Source: Patescibacteria group bacterium (GTDB lineage Bacteria > Patescibacteriota > Patescibacteriia > UBA2591 > UBA6264). Taken from it: a stretch of DNA of 30,658 nt. The notes under the pieces were generated by a model that saw only the letters and a list, made by a program, of their open reading frames with translations, ran no database searches and was not told the origin of the DNA. Location of the stretch: positions 1 to 30,658 of the forward strand of contig JAQTOB010000008.1 in the NCBI GenBank assembly GCA_028713575.1, in the 5' to 3' direction. This document shows, in pieces, positions 24,230 to 30,658 of the stretch. The stretch's first letter is position 1, and every line of letters starts with the position of its first letter. The position numbers and the translations under genes are program-made.

Positions 24230-24259
24230 AAAAAAAAGAGCTAAGCGGCTCTTTTTTTT
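24230..24259. terminator. Bidirectional intrinsic terminator (tRNA locus / convergent acidic-protein gene)
   Basis: AAAAAAAAGAGC-TAAGCG-GCTCTTTTTTTT. Confidence 0.75.
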
Positions 24260-24271
24260 GTTATATGAAAA

Positions 24272-24772
24272 CTATTTTTTCTCTTCTGGATGTTTCTTTA
24301 ACCATTCAATCGCTTCTTTTTGACGTTGTTTTCTTTCTTCTTCTTTATGTTTCTTAATTAAGTTTTCTTTCTCTTCAGGGGAAATCTTTTTAAAATTCTT
24401 TACTGTTTTTACTTCGCCGCTCCCCGATTCCCAAATCTGGTCCGGTTCAGTGCTGTGGAATTTACCTTCTGAATCCTTCCAGCCCCGCGGCTGACGGGTT
24501 ATCTGACTAAAAGTTTCCGGTTCTTTTTCTAAATCTTGAAAAATTTCGTCTAAATGTTCAGCCGGATCGCCGTCGTCGCTGGGAACCTGCTCCGGGTCTG
24601 ATAAATCTTTCTCGCCAGAATCTTCTGTTTCTCTTTCGCGATTATAATTATCTTGTTCCAAAGGAGATTCTTTTCTTGAATCATTTTTTCTTTCTTCTGG
24701 CACATCATCAATAGTTTTTTCCGCGTCAAAATCATCATTATCGTAATTTTTGTATTCTTTGTTAAAAAGCAT
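24272..24772 (-). CDS. Hypothetical highly charged (Asp/Glu/Lys-rich) protein
   Basis: ORF track. The sequence is low-complexity and acidic with no TM segment and no recognised motif. It could be intrinsically disordered. Confidence 0.45.
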   Translation of the reverse strand: MLFNKEYKNYDNDDFDAEKTIDDVPEERKNDSRKESPLEQDNYNRERETEDSGEKDLSDPEQVPSDDGDPAEHLDEIFQDLEKEPETFSQITRQPRGWKDSEGKFHSTEPDQIWESGSGEVKTVKNFKKISPEEKENLIKKHKEEERKQRQKEAIEWLKKHPEEKK

Positions 24773-24993
24773 ATATTTTGTTTTGTTTATTATTAATTAT
24801 CTGTTAATAGTCTATCATTTTTTTTCAAATAAGTCAATCCCCGCAAAGAAACTAAACCGTAAAATAGTCTCATCTAACAATCTTTTTCAGGATATGACTA
24901 CAAAAATTTATAACAAGGTAATCCTTCCATTGAAAATTTTTTAAAATAAGTTATGATTAATTTGTCCGCAAAAGCGGAAAATTTAGAATTACA

Positions 24994-26214
24994 ATGATAA
25001 CCAATGAACAAATTATCAACCAAATAAATAAGGCAATTTTTGAACAAAAAACATTGCTTTATGTTACTCGTCAAAAAGAAAGGGCTCAAGGGTTGGAAGA
25101 CGTGTTGACTCATTACAAAATCATTTCTCAGAATAAAGACTCGGCGGAAATCATTGAAAAAACAAAATTACCCAAGGGTTTAATTATTGTTTTTAAAAAC
25201 AATACAAAAATTCAAAGGATTTGCCAAGAAAAAAAACTCAAACTTCTCAATCCTGATTATTCTTTGAATGAAAAATATGAAAATAAAATCAGCCAATATC
25301 AATGGCTAAAAACGATTATTCCTCAAAACCTCCCGAAAACAATAATCACCTTGCCAATTAAAAGCTCTTTTCAAAATTTAAAAAAAGAAATAAACGCGCC
25401 GTTTATTTGCCAGTTTAATCGCAGTCATACGGGAGAAGGAACTTTTTTAATTTCCCGGCAAGCTCAATGGCAAAAAATGGCCAAAAAATTTCCTTTTCGC
25501 GAAGTAAAATGCGTAAAATTTATAAAAAGCCCGATTATTACGGTTAATGTCTGCTTGTGGCCCTCCTGCATCAAGAATTCGGCGGATAAGCAAGGCTGCG
25601 TTCTGGTCGGCAATCCTAGTTATCAAATAACCGGATTAAAAGAATTAACTGATTTTAAATTTTCTACTGTGGGCAATGATTGGTCCTGGACAAAGAAAAA
25701 CCTTTCTTCTAACGACTTAAAAGCAATAAAAAATCTAAGTGAAACAATCGGGCAAAATATGATTAAAGAAGGCTGGCGCGGATTATTTGGTCTTGATTTA
25801 GTTAAAGATAAAAAATGGCTAATCATTGAAATCAATGCCCGGCAACCGGCTTCTGCGGGATGGGAAACTTTGCTACAAAGAGACCAGGGAGAGGGAATCA
25901 CTGTCCTTGCCTCCCATTTCGCCGCTTTGTTAAATCTCCCCTTGCCCGCTTCTTGTTCAGAAATGCAAAAATCTTTGCAAAAAATCCAAAAAGGAAGCCG
26001 AATTATTATTAGAAGAAAAAACGCTCAAAATTACACCAAATTGAAAAAAATGCTCCAAAACCCTTTACCAAAGCCCGTTATAGAGGGGGCGTTTAGGGGG
26101 TCAGACCCCAAGATAAATGTGGAATTGTTTCAGATTCGGAGCCTTGAAAACGGTTTGGTAAAAAAAAATGGTCAATTGAATAAAACTGCAAAATTATGGA
26201 AAAAGAAGTTTTAA
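24994..26214 (+). CDS. ATP-grasp domain protein (unknown ligase)
   Basis: Central and C-terminal ATP-grasp signatures (FICQFNRSHTGEGTFLI...VKFI...GLFGLDLVKDKKWLIIEINARQPAS). The C-terminal ~65 codons include a family B repeat read in frame. Confidence 0.7.
   Translation: MITNEQIINQINKAIFEQKTLLYVTRQKERAQGLEDVLTHYKIISQNKDSAEIIEKTKLPKGLIIVFKNNTKIQRICQEKKLKLLNPDYSLNEKYENKISQYQWLKTIIPQNLPKTIITLPIKSSFQNLKKEINAPFICQFNRSHTGEGTFLISRQAQWQKMAKKFPFREVKCVKFIKSPIITVNVCLWPSCIKNSADKQGCVLVGNPSYQITGLKELTDFKFSTVGNDWSWTKKNLSSNDLKAIKNLSETIGQNMIKEGWRGLFGLDLVKDKKWLIIEINARQPASAGWETLLQRDQGEGITVLASHFAALLNLPLPASCSEMQKSLQKIQKGSRIIIRRKNAQNYTKLKKMLQNPLPKPVIEGAFRGSDPKINVELFQIRSLENGLVKKNGQLNKTAKLWKKKF
26026..26110 (+). repeat. 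Family B element lying inside the ATP-grasp ORF
   Basis: CAAAATTACACCAAATTGAAAAAAATGCTCCAAAA...TTATAGAGGGGGCGTTTAGGGGGTCAGACCCC, with the hairpin at 26097-26109. Translated as AQNYTKLKKMLQNPLPKPVIEGAFRGSDPK. Confidence 0.8.
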
Positions 26215-26906
26215 ACATTTCGGCGACAGGACAAAAAATAATTGATTCTTATCTTAATATGTCCATTGCCGGCAAAGTAATTACTTGTCCTTATTACACC
26301 AATTTGAAGAAAGAAAGAGCGGCCTTAAAAGTTTTTTTAGGCAAGGGCTCGGCGCAGGAAATCATCAATGAAACAAAATTTCTTTCACAAAAAGAAAATA
26401 TTGATTTGGCGCGCTTTTCAGAAGAAAGGCTTTACCGCTTTATGGTGGAAAATAATCTCGGCATTGATTGTTCTGGTTTAACGATACATATTTTAAAGGC
26501 GGCTTACAAAGAAAAAAGCATAAATCTTTTTAAAAAAATAAAAGTTGTTTCTTTTTTAAAAAATCCCTGGCGCTGGCTGGTCAGTCAATTGAGGCCGATT
26601 GAAAATATCAGCGTTCGGATTTTGGCTGATGGAAAAAACAGTTTTTTATTAAAATCTCTGAACGACGCATTGCCCAATGATTTATTGATTCGGACCAATC
26701 TTCGGCATGTTTATTTGATAACAAAAACCGAAAAGGAAAATGGAATAATAAAAAAAATAAGCTTTGTACACGCGCCACGGCCAAAACGGCCTGATTATTT
26801 TGGCCCGGGCATTTTTCAAAAAACCGTTATTTTAAAAAATAATTCTCTTAAAGAATTGGGGGAGAAAATAAACGATGAGGTTATAGTTAAAAGATTAAAA
26901 TTCTGA
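26196..26906 (+). CDS. NlpC/P60-like cysteine peptidase/amidase fold protein (tentative)
   Basis: GIDCSGLTIHIL (catalytic Cys context), PNDLLIRTNLRHVYLI (His context) and ISFVHAP (third polar residue). The Cys-His-His order and spacing fit NlpC/P60. It overlaps the ATP-grasp ORF by 19 nt. Confidence 0.5.
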   Translation: MEKEVLNISATGQKIIDSYLNMSIAGKVITCPYYTNLKKERAALKVFLGKGSAQEIINETKFLSQKENIDLARFSEERLYRFMVENNLGIDCSGLTIHILKAAYKEKSINLFKKIKVVSFLKNPWRWLVSQLRPIENISVRILADGKNSFLLKSLNDALPNDLLIRTNLRHVYLITKTEKENGIIKKISFVHAPRPKRPDYFGPGIFQKTVILKNNSLKELGEKINDEVIVKRLKF

Positions 26907-26949
26907 TTCTTTAAAATCCCAAATCACAAATTACAAACAAATTTTATTT

Positions 26950-28074
26950 ATGAATATCTTAAATCATTCTATTTTAAACACTACTCTTTTTTGTGTTATT
27001 ATTTCAGGCTTAATAGCGTTCGTGTCTGCGCCCTTGTTGATTTGCTTTTTAGAAAAATTCAAAATCAAAAGGACTTTTGATAACGGCTCGGCCAAAGGCA
27101 TTGGTCATCGCGGAGAAAAAACCGGAACACCGATTATGGGCGGACTTTTAATTGTGATTGTTGTTTTGTTGGTCACTCTTTTTTTTAACTGGGACCAAAG
27201 ATACACTTATGTGCCGATTGGCGTCATGTGCTTGGCGGCGATTTTGGGCATGTGGGACGACATTTCAAATGTTTTTGGTAAAAAAAGAAGGGTTCGTCAC
27301 TTAGACCAAATTTCTAAATTAATCAAAGTGCATAAAAATAAATGGTTCCGCCTTTGGTTAATTATCACTCTGCCCTGGACTTTATTCCGCAATATTTTCC
27401 ATATTTTTAGTCCGCAACCGACCCGCGGAGTTTTACCACATGAAAAAATTCTTTTACAATTTACCGCCGGCGCCATTACCGCCTGGTGGATTGTTTTTAA
27501 ACTGGGGCAAGATTGGCTTTATGTCTGGGTGCCTTTTAGTGGAGAAATTTATCTCGGCTATTGGATGATTCCAATTATTATTTTTATTGTCGTTTTTTTG
27601 GCCAATGCGGTTAATATTTCGGACGGACTTGACGGCCTGTCCGGTGGCGCCTTAATTTCCGCCTTTGCCGGCTTGGCAATCTTAAGCTATTTTCAAGGCA
27701 GTTTGCCCTTTTCCGTTTTAAACGCCACGGTTATCGGCGCTTTAATAGCCTATGTCTATTTCAATGTCAAGCCGGCTAGATTCCAAATGGGAGATGTCGG
27801 TTCTTTGGCCTTGGGCTCTTTATTTGCGGTGATGATGTTGGCTCAAAATCGTTTAATTTTAATCCCCTTTTTCGGCTTCATCTTTTTGGTGGAAATAATT
27901 TCTGTGATTCTTCAAACAATCTGGCGATACGGATTGGGTAAAAGACTTTTTAAAATGGCGCCTTTGCACCATCATTTGGAATTTTTAGGTTGGTCAGAAG
28001 AAAAAATCGTCATGCGTTTTTGGCTGATTAATCTTTTTATGGTCATTGTTGGTCTCTGGCTGGCAATGCACTAA
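26950..28074 (+). CDS. mraY: Phospho-N-acetylmuramoyl-pentapeptide transferase
   Basis: GTPIMGGLLI, NAVNISDGLDGLSGG, FQMGDVGSLALG and MAPLHHHLE. Confidence 0.93.
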   Translation: MNILNHSILNTTLFCVIISGLIAFVSAPLLICFLEKFKIKRTFDNGSAKGIGHRGEKTGTPIMGGLLIVIVVLLVTLFFNWDQRYTYVPIGVMCLAAILGMWDDISNVFGKKRRVRHLDQISKLIKVHKNKWFRLWLIITLPWTLFRNIFHIFSPQPTRGVLPHEKILLQFTAGAITAWWIVFKLGQDWLYVWVPFSGEIYLGYWMIPIIIFIVVFLANAVNISDGLDGLSGGALISAFAGLAILSYFQGSLPFSVLNATVIGALIAYVYFNVKPARFQMGDVGSLALGSLFAVMMLAQNRLILIPFFGFIFLVEIISVILQTIWRYGLGKRLFKMAPLHHHLEFLGWSEEKIVMRFWLINLFMVIVGLWLAMH

Positions 28075-28258
28075 TATAAACGCAAGGGGCAAATCTTAAA
28101 ATGCAACCCGCCCGCACAGGCAGGAATGACAATATAAAATTAAAAATGGATTAAAAAAAATATTTTACATTTTGAACTGTCATTTTAATTTTTAAATTTT
28201 AACTTTATTTTTTTCAGGCATAAACTTCAAAAAATAAAATAAGATACTTCTTTATTTT

Positions 28259-28354
28259 AAAAATTGATCAAAATCACACCAAATTTAAATTTTCGTTCTA
28301 TAATCCTTTGTTAATGCGGGTTTTGGAGTGGATGTTTATGGGGTCAGACCCCAG
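28259..28354 (+). repeat. Family B element ending 9 nt upstream of the DUF1611 start codon
   Basis: AAAATTGATCAAAATCACACCAAATTTAAATTTTCGTTCTATAA...TTTTGGAGTGGATGTTTATGGGGTCAGACCCC, with the hairpin at 28340-28352. Confidence 0.85.
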
Positions 28355-28361
28355 ATAAAAA

Positions 28362-29501
28362 ATGCAAAATTCTATCAGGACAAGTAAATCTAATATTTTT
28401 ATAAACCTTTTTGACAAAAAAAGGCGGATTTTAATTTACGCAGAAAAATCATTCGGCCTGAAAACACGGGAAAAATTTCCCACTTTAGCCAAAACCGCGG
28501 ACGGCGTATTACGTTACGCTAAGTATAAAATAAGCGGAGTGGTTGATTCCATATGTGAAGAAAAAAACGTGACGGAAGTTTTAAAAACTAAAAAAAATAT
28601 TCCTGTTTTTAAAAATTTGAAACAAGCAAAAGAAAAAACCAAAGCCAATACTTTAATTTTAGGCATTGCGCCCAGTGGCGGTCAACTCCCTGAATATTTT
28701 TTAAACGATTTAACCTGGGCTTTAGAAAACGGTTTGGATATTGTAAGCGGATTACACACGCCAATTTGTTCTTTTCCAAGTCTGTTCAAATTAGTTGGAA
28801 AATACGAAAGAAAAATTTGGGAAACCCGTTTGTCTCCGAACAATCTACCCATTGCCGGATGTCGGGTTTATCAAAAAATAAAAAAACCTATCGTTTTAAT
28901 GGTAGGTATGGATTCGGCTATTGGTAAATTAACGGCTACTTATCAATTGGCTGATTTAGCTAAAAAAAACGGATTGCGGCCACAAATCATTCCCACTGGC
29001 CAAACCGGCGTAATGATTGAGGGCTGGGGAATAACTATTGATAAATGCGAAGGCGATTTTATGGCCGGAGCAGTAGAAAAAATGATTTTGGAAAAAGATA
29101 AAGAAAAAAACCCTGATTTTTATTTAGTGGAAGGTCAGGGGTCCTTGTTTCATCCGGCCTATTCCACCACTTCTTTGGCCTTAATTCACGGTGCCTGTCC
29201 TACGCATTTGGTTTTGGTTCACCGACCACAAAGAAAAAGGGTGACTAATTGTCCTTTGTTAGCTGTTCCAAAAATAAAAACCGCAATTAAAACCTATGAA
29301 AATATGACCATGCCTCCGTTCAGAAAGGTCAAGGTGGTCGCCATTGCTTTAAATACCCAAGGGATGAAAGAGCAAGAAGCAAAAAAAACGATTAAAGAAA
29401 TCAAAAAACAAACCGGATTGCCGACAACGGACTTAATTCGCTGGCCCCAGGATTGGACGAAGTTATTTTTGAAAAAATTAAACAAAATCGCGCCAAATTG
29501 A
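28362..29501 (+). CDS. DUF1611-family protein (DgcN-like; function unproven here)
   Basis: VGMDSAIGKLTAT...IPTGQTGVMIEGWG...DFMAGAVE...VEGQGSLFHPAYS...LIHGACPTHLVLVH matches my memory of the DUF1611 family. The last 7 codons and the TGA stop lie inside a family B copy. Confidence 0.7.
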   Translation: MQNSIRTSKSNIFINLFDKKRRILIYAEKSFGLKTREKFPTLAKTADGVLRYAKYKISGVVDSICEEKNVTEVLKTKKNIPVFKNLKQAKEKTKANTLILGIAPSGGQLPEYFLNDLTWALENGLDIVSGLHTPICSFPSLFKLVGKYERKIWETRLSPNNLPIAGCRVYQKIKKPIVLMVGMDSAIGKLTATYQLADLAKKNGLRPQIIPTGQTGVMIEGWGITIDKCEGDFMAGAVEKMILEKDKEKNPDFYLVEGQGSLFHPAYSTTSLALIHGACPTHLVLVHRPQRKRVTNCPLLAVPKIKTAIKTYENMTMPPFRKVKVVAIALNTQGMKEQEAKKTIKEIKKQTGLPTTDLIRWPQDWTKLFLKKLNKIAPN

Positions 29502-29844
29502 AAAAATCCTTCTAAAATCATTTATTGGTACGGATTTTAGAGGGCCTCTTAATGGGGTCAGACCCCAAAAAAATACAAGGATTGGACGAAGTTATTTTTG
29601 GAAAAATTAAACAAAATCGCGCCAAATTGAAAAAATCCTTCTAAAATCATTTATTGGTACGGATTTTAGAGGGCCTCTTAATGGGGTCAGACCCCAAAAA
29701 AATACATTCGCTGGCCCCAGGATTGGACGAAGTTATTTTTGAAAAAATTAAACAAAATCGCGCCAAATTGAAAAAATCCTTCTAAAATCATTTATTGGTA
29801 CGGATTTTAGAGGGCCTCTTAATGGGGTCAGACCCCAAAAAAAT
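29437..29844 (+). repeat. Three tandem copies of [3' end of DUF1611 gene + family B element]
   Basis: Units 29436-29577, 29578-29706 and 29706-29844, with hairpins at 29554-29566, 29683-29695 and 29824-29836. Units 1 and 3 repeat TTCGCTGGCCCCAGGATTGGACGAAGTTATTTTTGAAAAAATTAAAC, which is coding sequence in unit 1. Confidence 0.9.
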
Positions 29845-30658
29845 ATGAAAAGTGTACATTTTATTGGTATTTGCGGAGTGGGAATGGCCGGCGTGGCTGT
29901 GATGATGCAAAAAATGGGTTGGAAAGTAACCGGTTCGGATAAAGGATTTTTCCCGCCAATCAGCGACTTTTTAAAAAAAAATAAAATTGATTTTTATCCC
30001 GGCTGGCATCCGGAAAAAATTAGTAATCCTGACATTATAGTGGTCGGTAATTTTATTTCTTTAAACAACCCCGAATATTTATTCGTCAAGAAAAAGAAAT
30101 TGGTCATAAAATCTTATCCAGAGTTGGTGAGAGAATATATTGTTAAAAAAAAGTCCGTGGTTGTGGCCGGCACTTTTGGTAAAACCACGATTGCCGCTTT
30201 TGTCGCTCATCTTTTTAAAATCGCCGGCCTAAATCCCAGCTGGTTTATCGGCGGATTGGCAAAAAATTTTTCCTGTGGCGCCGCAAATAATCAGGACAAT
30301 TGGAGTGTAGCTGAAGGAGATGAATACACTACGGCGCGCTGGGACTCGCGGTCAAAATTTCTTTTATACAAACCGACTCATTTAATCCTTACATCTATTC
30401 TTTGGGACCATCTTGATGTGTTCCCCCGGGAAAAAGATTATGACCGGGCTTTTAAAAAACTTATTAAAATCATTCCTTCTCAAGGCGTAATCATCGCCGC
30501 CAAAAGAAATGACACGCAGAAAATTGATAAAATAATTTCTCAAAGTAGGGCAAAAATAATCCGCTACGGACCCTATGAAGTCAAGTCCTATAAAACTGAT
30601 TACAGTTATGAAATAACATCTTTAAATGAAAACGGCTCCGAATTCGTCGTTTATCATT
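29845..30658 (+). CDS. mpl: UDP-N-acetylmuramate:L-alanyl-gamma-D-glutamyl-meso-diaminopimelate ligase (Mpl-like Mur ligase), partial; continues past the window end
   Basis: My own translation: MKSVHFIGICGVGMAGVAVMMQKMGWKVTGSDKGFFPPISDFL...VAGTFGKTTIAAF...AEGDEYTTARWDSRSKFLLYKP. GICG, FPPxS and EGDEY...D.RSKF are Mpl-like rather than MurC-like. There is no stop codon in the window, so it is absent from the ORF track. Confidence 0.8.
   Translation, partial: MKSVHFIGICGVGMAGVAVMMQKMGWKVTGSDKGFFPPISDFLKKNKIDFYPGWHPEKISNPDIIVVGNFISLNNPEYLFVKKKKLVIKSYPELVREYIVKKKSVVVAGTFGKTTIAAFVAHLFKIAGLNPSWFIGGLAKNFSCGAANNQDNWSVAEGDEYTTARWDSRSKFLLYKPTHLILTSILWDHLDVFPREKDYDRAFKKLIKIIPSQGVIIAAKRNDTQKIDKIISQSRAKIIRYGPYEVKSYKTDYSYEITSLNENGSEFVVYH

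Noticed and set aside
9543-25901. The remaining short or antisense ORF-track entries: 5625-5816, 6641-6832, 8124-8339, 9543-9863, 10744-10959, 11197-11559, 11811-12002, 13185-13487, 14040-14372, 14863-15099, 16388-16576, 17549-17731, 18310-18495, 20496-20855, 21663-21854, 24550-24738, 24750-24944, 24898-25113, 25623-25901, 29294-29521
   Set aside because: Each is nested in, or antisense to, a longer ORF with clear family motifs, or lies in an AT-rich spacer. Each has low-complexity composition and no recognisable motif, so I treat them as shadow ORFs.
1-30658. An alternative genetic code (UGA recoding, as in some candidate phyla)
   Set aside because: Long conserved genes (der, ruvB, mraY, ctpA) are uninterrupted under the standard code, and TGA is used as a terminal stop (for example at 26904-26906 and 29499-29501).

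Overview
Gene-dense, AT-rich (about one third G+C by eye) bacterial chromosome segment, read with the standard code. The gene content resembles Candidate Phyla Radiation/Patescibacteria genomes: several prepilin-type proteins plus PilD, minimal housekeeping genes, MraY/Mpl, short AC-rich intergenic 'words' and a four-helix-bundle gene fragment. That placement is inference only, since no search was possible. Layout: 0.8-13.0 kb (minus strand) holds a type IV pilin-like cluster (four pilin/pseudopilin-like ORFs and a prepilin peptidase), two GT2 glycosyltransferases, two SAM methyltransferases, an intact RAYT/IS200-like transposase, a TPR protein, and a Wzy_C (O-antigen-ligase-like) protein directly downstream of the major pilin gene. 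13.2-22.5 kb is housekeeping (LCP, der, pth, lipoprotein, SEDS ftsW/rodA-type, rpmA, ctpA, ruvB). 22.5-24.3 kb holds two unusual tRNA loci and two small membrane ORFs. 25.0-30.7 kb holds ATP-grasp, NlpC/P60-like, mraY, DUF1611 and mpl (partial). I found no rRNA, CRISPR array, cas genes or recognisable defence genes. The unexplained signal is mostly non-coding. (i) A tRNA-Ala gene is nested in the anticodon loop of a second, tRNA-Ala-like gene. (ii) tRNA-Ile(UAU) is preceded by three tandem units derived from a tRNA 5' half, each carrying a GC-rich palindrome. (iii) At least 12 copies of a ~95-120 nt structured repeat end in GGGGTCAGACCCC; copies bracket the RAYT gene in inverted orientation, sit 8-9 nt upstream of two start codons, supply stop codons and C-termini, and one lies in frame inside an ATP-grasp ORF. 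(iv) A second palindrome family (CTACGAGG-CGAGA-CCTCGTAG) lies next to and inside a second, partial RAYT gene and also forms a 5 x 33 bp array. (v) A 132-nt element closed by an 18-bp perfect stem sits upstream of a lipoprotein gene.
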